A DNA stretch of 58,683 nucleotides, counting the filler, from Sphacelaria rigidula (lineage: Eukaryota), in NCBI GenBank assembly GCA_964200075.2. It is 10 parts of 10 records of this genome, joined end to end, with 100 filler letters (N's around TTAATTAATTAA, not from the genome) between each part and the next. Parts side by side here need not be neighbours in the genome. Positions count along the whole stretch, not along the records: positions 23,516 to 29,293 come from CAXNAA020024532.1; positions 29,394 to 35,171 come from CAXNAA020024533.1; positions 35,272 to 41,049 come from CAXNAA020024534.1; 7 more parts are not named here. One strand, 5' to 3'. The translations under genes and the position numbers were made by a program. How positions within the stretch are numbered: position 1 is the stretch's first letter; each line of letters begins with the position of its first letter. A model generated the notes under the pieces. It ran no database searches, was not told the DNA's origin, and saw nothing but the letters and a program-made list of their open reading frames with translations. Positions 24,285 through 35,851 of this stretch are shown here, one piece after another.

Positions 24285-24833
24285 TATATGTACATGTATC
24301 ATTTCACTTTTTTCACCACTTTTGTGGAGTTTTATCTGGCGGCAAGGCATCTCATCACGCGCTTTCTTTTGCAGTGCACGAAGGAGGTGGAGCGGCACAC
24401 TACTGTACAGGTTTGAGTGTCATCCGATAACTGTGGCGCGTGTTCTGGCCATCGAAAGTCGCCCGCACTGGCTCTTTTTCGTGGGGTGTCGATCCCGGGC
24501 CACAAAAGCCTTCCCAAGTTCATGAAACACTTCAAGCAGCAGGATGATGGTTGGCGGGGTATTTCCCCCCCGTGTTTATCTTCATAGGTTTTCCTTCATT
24601 TGGGAGCACGAGAACACCGCTTATGCCGCCAATGTCACGAGAACATGAGAACAGTGCAGTTGAAAACAATTGAACATTACGTTGGCCTTAGTCAGCAGCA
24701 AACACCAGGCCGTACGGTGAGCCTTTGACGAGTTGAACGAGGCACACATACGTGGGCAAACGTCCCCACTGTGGTCAATTGTGTAAAACCAGCAAAGCGG
24801 GGTGCCAAAATCCCTGTGATAATGCAACCCGTA
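24285..24833 (+). repeat. Dispersed repeat family A (about 550 bp); copies about 25420-25665, 44550-44975, 45912-46460, 54335-54820(-), 58420-58640
   Basis: Shared tatgtacatgtatcatttcac start, gtgtcgatcccgaaccac middle and gtgataatgcaacccg end. Confidence 0.85.
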
Positions 24834-26614
24834 GAATGCATCTGTCAAGTACTGGCGCAGGGATATCCTTGTGACAGGGTTGACAGGTTTGTCCTTGTGA
24901 CAGGGATGACAGGGATGACAGGGATAATTATACGAGTACGCACCTCATGTATCTTTCGACGACTTAGTACTGTTTTTTCAGTACAAGTCAAGCGTTACTT
25001 TGCTTGTGGATTTTTCCGCCGTGTCTGAACGAACAAGCCTGGAAATTGGCACAGAGGTAGACCACATCACAGACAGCATATTCCCGGATCGGGGGCACGT
25101 TTTTACGTGGTGCGCAAGACGCACGAAGTGAATACGAATTCTGGAAAATGCCATCGATATGCCCTCAAAACGGAGTCCCCTCGGCCCACACTGTGTGAGA
25201 CGTCAGTGGATGCATATATAGACACGCAGATGCGCTCACTTCCACATCATGACCTGCTGAGTGGCTCCTGCCCCGGCAAACGAACATCGACCCGTATTGG
25301 GTACACTCTGGATGATGTCATTCTACGCGGTACCTACCTTGGTACCGCCTGTTAAGGTTCCTCACTTTAGGAGGCACGGTCGTGCAAACGCTGTCAGTGC
25401 TTTTACGCGCAATGTAAATTATGTGCATGTATCATTCCACACTTTCACTGCTTTTGCCGAGTTGCCTCTGGCGGCAAGGCATTTTTTTCCACACGTCCTA
25501 ATGCAGCGCACCGAGAAGTCTCAGCGGTGCACTATCGCTCGGGTTTGAGCGCGATCTGATACTTGTGGCGCGTGTTCTGGCCGCCGGAAGTCGCTCAACC
25601 TGGCCCTTTTTCGCGCGGTGTCGATCCCGAACCACATAAGCCTCTTCAAGATCGTGGAAAACAAAATATATATCTTCGACTTGCGAAACCCCCATGAGGT
25701 CCGTACCAACCTCCCGAAGGGGAACCTTGTATCAACGTATCATATCAGGCCCGTTTCAAAGCCTGATACGTATCCCTGCTGCAAGTACATGGTTTTTCAA
25801 AGGTCTGTGGGAGAGATTTAATATACCATGTAGCATTCATCCCCCGTGCTGTCGACGTGAAACGACGATCAAGCCGTTGAGTGTATCTTTCTGCTCAGGG
25901 CGATGCAGCCACGTAAATAGGGCATACTAGCGAGCGTACTCCGGGGTAATGGTGAGTCGAGATATTGTGCGCAACACCCTCCTCAGCGCCGGAGATGTCA
26001 CGAAGTCCCTTGTTATTGGCTTTTTCTTAGCTGAGCCGCTGCGCCTCGGCGGTGTAAAATAAAATGACCAAACTGTTACCATTACGCTGGAGAAAACGTG
26101 GGTTCGATACCCGATCCGTTGAGTCCTGTCTTCGAAGTATCTGATTCCACCGTCGAAAGCGCGAGTTTTTCCGTTTTTTTTTTCTCCTGACGGAAGGACA
26201 AAATCTGACCCAACACTTACCCCGCACGCAGGTTCGTGTGCCGATTACCCGGAGGCTCGGCCAGACTGCCTCATGACAGTCATGTGAGATAGGTGCCTCG
26301 AGCGTTCGTAAGCTTTGCTGGAGGCATTGTGGGGGTCGCGCCCACCGGACCCGCCTATCAACTTGACGCAGTGAACGCGCCACCGTGCTCTGATGAGCTT
26401 TGGAAGCGTGAGTACGCAGGTAAACAATAAGCAGTTAACTGAGTTTCGTTTGGCGAGAGTTGACGCGGTGCGGGAGTGCTGACCCAATCCGCGAGACCGA
26501 AATGCAAGGCTTGCACCGGGGAGAGATGGGTCGACCCCTCAAGACCATGGACTCGTCTCCCGGGAAGGGGAGGGCTACAAAGCACGACAAAAAGAGAAGA
26601 GACAGCCGATCGTC

Positions 26615-26950
26615 GAAATTGAGGATACAGCTTTTCATTGATGATGATAACCCGGAGGGTTGAAATCTTCGTTTGCACACCAAATATGCGAAATGTGGTT
26701 CCATTCCTTCACCTACTGGTAGCTATTGACAAGTACTACAGGTCTCAAAAATTGGATTTCGATAACCGAAATGTTGGGGTCCTCGGTGAAAAACTAATTT
26801 CGGGGAATTTCGGCGATCCGATCGGATCATCTCAATTCACAGAAGGTTTTACTCATCTAGGACAACAAAATTTCGGGTATCGAAATCCGAATTTGTAGGA
26901 GGTGTAGCATTTATCAATGGCTACCAGTAGGTGAAGGAATGGAGTAACCA
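26615..26950. mobile_element. Partial copy of the foldback MITE family seen at 36084-36505
   Basis: Inverted arms ttcacctactggtagc/gctaccagtaggtgaa and ggatttcgata/tatcgaaatcc. Confidence 0.7.
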
Positions 26951-27494
26951 TATTTCTAAGATGTAAGTCGTGTAAATATCAGCCTGATGGACGAACCAGT
27001 AAATAGAACATCGGTATAGCAATCGCGGAATTCATGCATACAGTATTGGCTGGAACAAGCGAGACGATGATGTTGTTGTGTTTATCTTCACAATAAAATC
27101 GTTCCGATGTCTGCGCAGAACTCCGTGCTGGGTATTTGATGCGGATGCCTTCCGTGGTCACAGGCTAAATACCCGAAATACGGTACAAGGGGTAAAAAGC
27201 AACAAAATCAGACTCGGGAAAATCCACAAGGACGCAATACAAAATAAAAAGAAGAGGACCAAGACGGGTAAAAAATACTAGAGCGATCTCTCCTGCTTTC
27301 CCTGTTTCCAAGCGCCCGGGGATGAACAGTTGAAGGGAACATAGCTAGGCCTTCATCAAAGGATAAAGGATGGCCAGCTTCTTGTTTGGAGAGCATTATC
27401 ATGTTCCCAGCGAGTTAGGTGATCCAGTACCCGTATTGATCTTTCGAAATACAAGAGACTTTTTGTATCCTTCATTGAATGAAGACACCAGAGG

Positions 27495-29200
27495 TCATGG
27501 ACATGCGTTTCTACGCAACTACGATTTGGGCTAACACGTGCTTGCCCCTCGCTGATTTTCGTTTCTTCTCTAGCATCGGTCCCACTTTTTCGTTCAAAAT
27601 CGCACATATTGTTCTCCATATGGTGTTCAGTGGCATTATCCCTCTATATCTCCTTGGGTAAGCCTTGTCTTCTTTCTTGAAAAGATTTGCAACTACTCCT
27701 TGCTCCACCTCTTTGGTGTTTACTCGTTTCCCCATACCTGATTCTACATCGTAACCGTCATGGCAATCGTTCCCTCTCCACCGTACTTTAGGAAAACATT
27801 CACCTTTTCGTCTGCCGCTGCTGCCTTTCTGTTCTTGATTTTAGGTACACACTCCTTCACTTCATCCCTTGTGAAGTCTCTGCAATTCTTAGGAGCCACT
27901 ACTCTCCCGCTTTGATGCCCTTACGTTTACCTCTGCCCACACGTTGATGTTTTCGTCGAATTCCGTGCGGAACCTCTTGTTAGTTTTTGATGTTCCTGGT
28001 TTATGTTAGTGCTGCTAGTACTTCTCTCTTCCTCTTGGAACTATTAACCGTTTTACTGTTTTGTACCTGTGGTGGAGTAGTTTGGTAATAATTTAGTTGT
28101 TTGCGTTTGTTCTTGTAATGAGGCTGGAGTCTAAGAGAACATCATGGAGGACTCGTCTTGTAAGGAATAGCAGGGACGGTGTTGGAAAGACGAGCCTACA
28201 TCTGTGACCACGGGTTCGAGAGATCGGACAAATGTGCGGAAATGATAAGTATATTAAAGTTTGGCTGTCTCCTTGTCTATCTTTCTTTCCCGGTTTCCCG
28301 TTGTCCTTTCCATCCCTACCCACATTTGCTTCGTCCCGCCATCGATTTCGTTCATAAATACTTGTTTCACTACATCTTCTCATATTGCCTTATTTTTTTC
28401 CCTACTATCTCGTTTACTTTTCTTCATGCTTTGGCATACTTTTCTCATCATACCGCAGTTTTACTCGACATATACCTTGTGTGGGTATCTCTCCTTACTT
28501 ATGTAGCCTCTTTTACCTCCTCATCCATCATTGTACAGCTCTATTGCATACGATCAGTTCCTTCCCTTTGACCTTACTCGCTGTGATCTTGACCGATTGC
28601 TCCCATCCTTTTGTAATCCTCGCTCCCACCCTATCCCTTTCCCTTTTTGCTATCAACTGTATATACTTTTCCCAACAACTCGGAATCTTAACCACGGTTT
28701 TTGTCATTTCTTCTTGGAACTCTTGCTGTTTTTCTTGTATTTCTAATGTATCTGTTCTCCATTTATAGAACTTCCTACCCCGCCCATTGCTTATAGCTCT
28801 CGTCTGTTGGCTGTTTGTTCATATGAGGCAATGATCTGCAGTTTCTCCGTCTTCTGCGCACACATGTACCTCCATTCCCTTGCCTTTTCCGCATTCTACC
28901 AGTATATAGTCAAGAATGGAGCTTTATCTCGTTTTACCCTTGCATTGTCTAGTCCATGTATATTGCGTCCTTGGATTTTGTGCTTTATCGTTCAGCGTCT
29001 TCATTTCGTTACTCTCAAGGAACTTGAGCATTTCTACCCTATTCGTGTTCTTCTTCTCTTCCCGTGTATTACCCAATAATATCGTCCAGTTTACTCGCTG
29101 TTCTGATGCTTGCATAAATATCCCCCAATATCATTACTTCCCTTTGCCTTTTGTAAGTATATATATTTGGTGCTATTTCTCCAAGTCTCATCTGACATCG
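27495..29200 (-). mobile_element. Decayed LINE (non-LTR retrotransposon) ORF2: endonuclease remnant and start of the RT domain
   Basis: Minus-strand GVVANLFKKEDKAYPRRYRGIMPLNTIWRTICAILNEKVG and ISEGQARVSPNRSCVETHV match RT N-terminal motifs; upstream YTWTR is APE-like; many stops and frameshifts. Confidence 0.85.
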
Positions 29201-30529
29201 CCGCACTCTTCGATGCTGAGGCATCCTACGATAGGGGGGGGGGGGGGTGGCATATGATTTCAGGAAAAAAGAGACTCATAAGTGTGGCAGACGNNNNNNN
29301 NNNNNNNNNNNNNNNNNNNNNNNNNNNNNNNNNNNNNTTAATTAATTAANNNNNNNNNNNNNNNNNNNNNNNNNNNNNNNNNNNNNNNNNNNNCTACTGA
29401 TAAGTCAGCGCTGACTTGTCAGTAGTCTAGTTGGTTGTCTCTTAAACCGTGTATGCTTCGATCCTACCGCGTACGTATGCTTTGACCCTATCGCGTCTTC
29501 TTTCACAGGAGTATATTCGTAAATATGTTGCGGAAATGGAACCAGGCAAGTCAACAGAGAGTGCAAAGTGCATAATTTGTACGGATTTCACGGGTTCGAC
29601 TCCCGGCAGTACTACAGTTAACGTTCCAACGAAGGTTTGAACCACAGATAGATGGGGGGACTCCCGGCAGAATAAGGACACACAAAACTTCGAATATTTT
29701 TGTGGATGTGTCTTCTGCAGCCGCTCTATCTGCCGAATCATTTTGCGTTTGTCCACGAGTTTTCCTTTTTAGCCGAGTGATAAAAGGCCACAAGAACCCC
29801 TCGCCATTATCACAGCTGGCGCTGTACCCCTCCTCACTAATAAAACAATTCGGCTGCCACACAACACCGCTCATTGATGATATCTACACGGCATACATAC
29901 ATGGCAAAAGACGAGGACTGTGAACTACTGGGTGTGTGGTCACGGACGATGGACATCTGGGGGGTATGTACCCTATACCATGACTACTGATGGTAAGTGG
30001 GGGAATGGTGGCAAATAATGTATCAAACATAGAAAAACATGTTGGGTCAGAAATGCATTTTCTTGGCGTTAATATCCCCAAACGCACCTCCAGAAAAACA
30101 GCGATCAAAGCATACGATAGACGCCAACACCTGGAAATATGAGAAAATTGCACTACCGCCGAATCCCACACACGAGGACAGCGATTTCGATAAGAGCAGA
30201 CTATGCTACACTACACAGCCAGTTATGTCGATACGCACGGAAAGTCATAGAACATACTACAAAGTTGCATAGTCTCAACCGCGAAACTCATCCGATCTAC
30301 CTATCTATGGTGGACAACCGCTCTAAAACAAAATTATTTCGAGGAAAATTGATTAGATTTCCGCCCGTATCCTAGGGCCAAAGTGCAATAGGCCATGGAC
30401 TATTCGGCAACAGCACAACGATTATAAGCAAACGAAGGAGCACATTGTGGGACATCGAGGCGAGACAATTATGGGCTGGAGTATACACGCAAAACTTTTA
30501 GTTAAACCAGGGGGAGCTCAGAGCATGTG

Positions 30530-30660
30530 TAGTACTAAAAATAAGAACAAAAAAACTCCTGTGTTGATCTTCCTCCTGTGTGACCCCGGCTGGTGCGCCC
30601 ACATACACCGAAAGGTGTAGACCGGCGTCCAGAATAGATGGGACGACAACACACACACAT
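30530..30660 (+). mobile_element. 5'-truncated copy of the SINE 3' end, with (AC)n tail
   Basis: cctgtgtgaccccggctggtgcgcccacatacaccgaaaggtgtagac...gatgggacgacaac matches 5159-5234. Confidence 0.8.
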
Positions 30661-31142
30661 AGCGTGTAGGGTGGCGCTTTTATCTCGCTCAGTTTTTCGG
30701 AACATAATCGACGAATAAGTTCTACTGATGACGAGTGAGAGGAAACACTATGGTCACGAAAAACTACGTGACAGCTGTGACGTCTTTCCCCACTGAGGTT
30801 AAACGGAAAAACTTCAAGTACCCTCCTCTGTGCTTCTTTACTGCCCACGGTTAGCGTATTGTTATCGTACACTATCGCAATGGCTCTACTGTAGTACAAG
30901 AGGGTTGTCGATTTTTCTACGAAACCGTGAAGTTACGATAAAACGGGGAGCCGGAAGCAATAGTGGAGGCATAAAAAGGCAATGGAGTGGCCAAAAAATG
31001 TACTGCGTACAGTATCGAATATTTCGTCTGCTACTGCAAGAGACAATAGATTCGATGGTGTACAGAGTTCACTCCTCGCCAACGTCATCTATTGTCCAGG
31101 GTATGCAATAGAGCACATATAACGCTAACGCTAACAAGTGAT

Positions 31143-31385
31143 GCTACGGTAGGGGTGCACATTTTGTTTCTGGAGGTAGAACTCTTAGGAGCCCTTTATC
31201 TCGTGCAAAACACGCAGTTTGAAAATATGTGAGAGTACGCCAGGATTACTACTCCATTGTGCTGGGGATATCCCGAATAAATTTGTAAACGGGGATACCC
31301 TGGCCCATATTCTTGTGCATGTAGAATTCTTGGGAGCCCGTGAAGCAGACAAGATTTTGCGCATAAAGTGCACCCCTACCGTAGC
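31143..31385. mobile_element. MITE of about 240 bp (TIR GCTACGGTAGGGGTGCAC); second copy at 43256-43486
   Basis: Perfect 18-bp TIR; internal sequence shared with the contig-8 copy. Confidence 0.85.
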
Positions 31386-31683
31386 GTTGCTCTAATCCTA
31401 ACGCTGACGCTGACGCTGACGCTGACGCTAATCATAACCATAATCATAGCCATAATCATAACCATAACCACAGAGAGTTTTGTGGTATGATTTCCGACCG
31501 TCGACGTCAATCACGTGTAAATGTTCGTAAGCCATTCCAATCATTCCGAGAATCTCTTTTCGACGGTACTTACGACAACATTATCAACCTGTACCCCTGA
31601 CTGACGGTATGGACATAATATCAAGTACAAGACGAACAACATGAAGAAAAGGTGAGTGAAAATATTGATATAAGGACTATTAG

Positions 31684-31770
31684 ACGGTACTTACAGGTTA
31701 GCGGTTGCGGTACTCACAGGTCAGTGGTTACGGCACTTGCAGGTTACCGGCTACGGTACTTACAGATCAC
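31684..31770. repeat. 23-bp minisatellite, about 4 units (acggtacttacaggttagcggtt)
   Basis: Directly visible tandem units. Confidence 0.75.
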
Positions 31771-32189
31771 CTGGAATTTTTGTTAGTGTAATTTTAGACG
31801 GTAACCGAATGATGCTACTTTCTATTTCTTAAAATGGAAAAGGTAGCACTTTTAGAAAAGGCAAACGCTTTGCCCGCCAGAGGTGGGCAGGTGATGCTCT
31901 GCTCTTTTTCACCTAACAAGCGACATCTGCGAGCGATGGTATGACGCGCGACGGGATGCCTTTGGCAGGCACACCACGATTACTATCGACACACACCGCA
32001 ACAAGAGGAGAGAAATTCCGTCGACAACTTCTGACAAAGTTTTGCTGTTGCACAGACACAATTTATGGAAGCAAGAAACCCTGGGCGCATATCGTCTGCC
32101 CGCTGTTCTGCTGCACGGTTGATAGGCACAGTAGATACATGTACGTATACAGTATAATATATGTAACCGTATACGCGTGCGTCTCTCGC

Positions 32190-32339
32190 CTTCATGACAA
32201 CGTGCTTGAGGTAGACCATCTTGTTGGCGTCCATCTTAATCTCCAGTTTCGGCGGCGTCCCGTGCGGGTGATCCATGGCAAAGAATAAATCCCTGATGTT
32301 GTCCATGTACAGCTCCACGAAATAGCACGACACCTTCGC
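32190..32339 (-). CDS. Kinesin-14 (KCBP-like) motor exon AKVSCYFVELYMDNIRDLFF...KLEIKMDANKMVYLKHVVMK
   Basis: 150 nt, acceptor ttccAG, probable GC donor AAG|gcgaga; in frame with the upstream P-loop exon. Confidence 0.85.
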
Positions 32340-32415
32340 CTGGAATCACCAGTGGTGAGCGTAATTGTTGAGAACTTATCGGGGAGGGGGGGGGAGGGGG
32401 GTAAGGTTTGGTAGA

Positions 32416-32479
32416 TACTGGTTGAATGCTGAGCTTAACCAGCCAGCGCTGACTGATTAAGCTCAGCATTCAACCAGTA
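32416..32479. repeat. 64-bp near-perfect palindrome in the kinesin intron
   Basis: TACTGGTTGAATGCTGAGCTTAA...CAGC|GCTG...TTAAGCTCAGCATTCAACCAGTA. Confidence 0.9.
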
Positions 32480-32857
32480 GTATCTAACACGGTTGTGGGT
32501 ACATGAGGGCCTACTTCCCACACGTACGACCATACCCGCCGACGTCCATTTCAATTTTCATACATACGGAGAGACTTGGTTCGTGCATAGCATGTGTGAC
32601 AACAACTACCATGTGCATTATCGCGTTAATCTCCATAACCTACTACTTCCAGCTCAACAGCGTAACTGCTCCGCTTAATTTATGAGAGCACCCAGATTGC
32701 CGTCTTCTGTTACTCGTATGCGGGTGAGCATAGAGAAAACGCCGCGGTTTGGCTTGCAGTTTAGTATTTCTATGCTCGCTGAAGATGGCACCAAGTGCCT
32801 GCGATATGAACACGATGTCTCGAGGAAACACTGTGAACGCGATGGCTCGAGGGGAAG

Positions 32858-33529
32858 ATTTCAAGCGTAGGTCGAGTAGAGTATGTACTTTCGAGTACTC
32901 GAAAAAAATACTCAAGTATTTACTCTACAGATACTCGACGTTTGAGTAGGTCGAGTACGGCCTCAAATACTCCACTCAAATTTTGAGTAAGTCGAGTATG
33001 GCATCAAATACTCTACTCAAACTTTGTGTAGGTCGAGTACGACCTCATATATTCTACTCAAATATTGAGTAAGCATTCTCAGTAATACTTGAGTATAGAC
33101 TATCACCTGAGTATGACCTCAATACTCCACTCAAATTTTGTATAGGTCGAGTACGGCCTCACATACTCTGCTCAAATTTTGAGCACGTCGAGTATGGTCT
33201 CAAACACTTTTCTCAATTTTTGAGTAGGTCGAGTACGATCTCAAATACTCCTCTCAAATATTGGGTATGCACTTTCAGTAATAGTCGAGTACAGAGTATC
33301 ACTTGAGTATGAACTCAATACTCTACTCAACTTTTGACTAGGTTGAGTATGGTCTTAAATACTCTACTCAATTTTTGAGTGGGTTGAGTATGGTCCCAAA
33401 TACTCTACTCGAATTACTGAGTAGATTGAGTACGGCCTCAAATACTCTACTCAAACTTCGATTACTAAACGTATGACTCGTCAAAAATACTGCGTATTGA
33501 GTATACTCTACTCGACCTACCCTTGAAAT
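32858..33529. mobile_element. TIR-bounded element filled with a tandem array of 41-bp self-complementary units (intronic)
   Basis: TIR ATTTCAAG(C/G)GTAGGTCGAGTAGAGTAT at both ends; units like TTTGAGTAGGTCGAGTAcggcctcaaaTACTCTACTCAAA at 32941-33456. Confidence 0.85.
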
Positions 33530-33898
33530 TTGTGTTTTCACGCAACCTGAACGCTCGTTCGTTGTGCCCGAGTATCACCGTGGCAGCTCCTCGCACACAA
33601 ATTGTGTTTTTTTGGCTCCGTTCTAGTGATATGTGCGCAAGGAGCCGATCGAAGTCACGAGGTAGATTACTTCGCCATCGAAGAGTTGGCGAAGGCTGCT
33701 CAACTCCAACCAAGATTTTGTCTGGGTATGAGCGTAAAGTGCACAAAAACACACACATTTTTTCCAAGTAAGTGTCGATCCTACTGCATCCATCCCCCTT
33801 GAGCCAGCTGAGTCAATTCAGTGTTCCGTGCGTACTGTAGATTGATTGTAAAACGTCTCCCAGGTAGCTTGCTTATTATCGTCAATTATAGTGCAAAC

Positions 33899-34046
33899 CT
33901 CGATGTTGCCCTTCGACTTCTCGATGTTAGCGTAGACCTCCTCTATGGCCCTCGGGATCAGCCCTCTGTTGTCCCCATCACCACCAGTCATTGTCCACGT
34001 CTTTCCCGAACCCGTTTGTCCGTAGGCAAACACGCACACGTTGTAG
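33899..34046 (-). CDS. Kinesin-14 (KCBP-like) P-loop exon [21 protein letters not shown]...GLIPRAIEE
   Basis: Canonical kinesin P-loop; acceptor gcacAG, donor GAG|gtttgc. Confidence 0.92.
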
Positions 34047-35851
34047 CTGTGCGTATCGCGGAAATACAATCGTTTGAATCCAAACCGTGATAGGGTGAAG
34101 GGGTGCGACGGGGGGGGGTTAAGTGGTACTCCAATTGCTACGTATGGCTGAAACAAGGGGATATTTAGAGCACAATATACACAACATGGGAAGGGGCAGC
34201 TCTGGACTCGATCTTGCACCCCTTGAATTTTGCCCAGGATATCAGTTATTGTATGGCATGCGCTGTGAATTGCCAGCAACGTTTACGCGTGTTGCAAACC
34301 GTCGAACACCTCATCCCTTCAGGCGGACGGTGCATTAGTAGTCGTCGGCGACCACGGCGCGGGGCTCAATGTTTGGCATTTTTCCGGATTATAGGTGGCC
34401 GATGAGAATCAAGTCTACTCGACGAGGGGGCGCATAGTCGTATTTTACGTGCGTTGGCTGCTGGGGGCCGCGGGGGCGATCTCCGATTATCGATAGTACT
34501 CGTTTGTTGCGTGCCTTCGTTATTTGACCATTGACCACGCGTTGTTTTCGAGACTGAGCACCGTTCCTACTAAAAATAGAGACAACTCCAAAATTTGGGC
34601 GCTCATTATGTTTTTTCGATAAATTGCATAAATCTTTTCGCATATCATGCGGGAGGGGGCGTACTCATGGTCTTGCATGCTGTAGTCGTGAGACCATTGA
34701 CTTCGATCCCTACCAAGCCGGGACGGAGCACGACGGGATTTCGCCGGATCGGACTCGCAATCACCAAGCTCGAAGCGCCGTGATGTGCTCGGCGATCGAG
34801 TCGCATGAAAGGTGCGCTGCATTCTGCTAGAACTGTTCAACCCTAAGGGTGCTGATAGTCTTGCACGTGGATGACAGCCTACAATGAGTTGCTTTATCTT
34901 CTGGTATCGCCGCTTCCAGAGACAGCCACGGGTTACACGCGGCCTCATGGGGGTCTCACCATATAAACACTACGAAGCTGAACCACCATCACGTTTACCG
35001 CGAAAAAATGCAACCGTAAAAAAACGATCACCTGGTTGCCTCGTTTACGCAGTGCGTGGCGTGTTTCACCACGCCGTTGCCAACCGACGCCAACTTCCAA
35101 ACGGGGAGGAGGGGTGTACTCATGATCATGCATGCCATAGTCATAAGATCATTTACCTCGCATCCATACAANNNNNNNNNNNNNNNNNNNNNNNNNNNNN
35201 NNNNNNNNNNNNNNNTTAATTAATTAANNNNNNNNNNNNNNNNNNNNNNNNNNNNNNNNNNNNNNNNNNNNAACAAATGAGTACCCCCCCCACCCCCCCG
35301 GTATCGCATCGTGAGGCGATGTGGAACTCGTGGCTGTCTCTGAAGGTTGCAACACCAGAAAATGAGGCAATTCATTGCGGGCTGTCCTCCAAACGCAAAA
35401 TTATTAGTACGTCCCGGGTCAAACAATCTTCTCAGCAGGATGCACCTCACTCTTCATGCAACTCGGCAAGCACGTCACGGAGCTTCGCGCATCCACTGGT
35501 CCCCCAGGGATCCAGCCGTTGTCACATGATGTAGGTACCCGACACAAACCTACTCACTCGCTGAAGAAAAACGAAGATAACATGAAATGAATAATGAATG
35601 CAGGCAATTTCATACGAGAATTGCGGGAACAGCGTGATATACGGTGTAAGTTATTGTGGTACTTATACTAAAGGTTAGCGGGGGTGTCTGAAATGTGATA
35701 CTTTGCAAAGGGTCATTCCACATTACAAAAGTATGATAGTGAAAGTATGCCATAGATCCGATTGGGAAGCTGACGCTGTGGAACTGCCGCGGGTCCACGA
35801 GAGATACCCCGCGTGGTCACTATTTTTCTGACGTCCGTTGGGTTTACTCGC

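Noticed and set aside
26384..26420. Hammerhead ribozyme or SECIS (CTGATGA-GCTT-TGG-AAGC)
   Set aside because: The stem is followed by GTGA rather than GAAA and no stem III forms; other CTGATGA sites (e.g. about 30725) lack stem II.
32941..33456. CRISPR-like array of palindromic repeats
   Set aside because: The variable parts are short variants of one sequence, not unique spacers; the array is bounded by TIRs inside a eukaryotic intron and no cas-like ORF is present.
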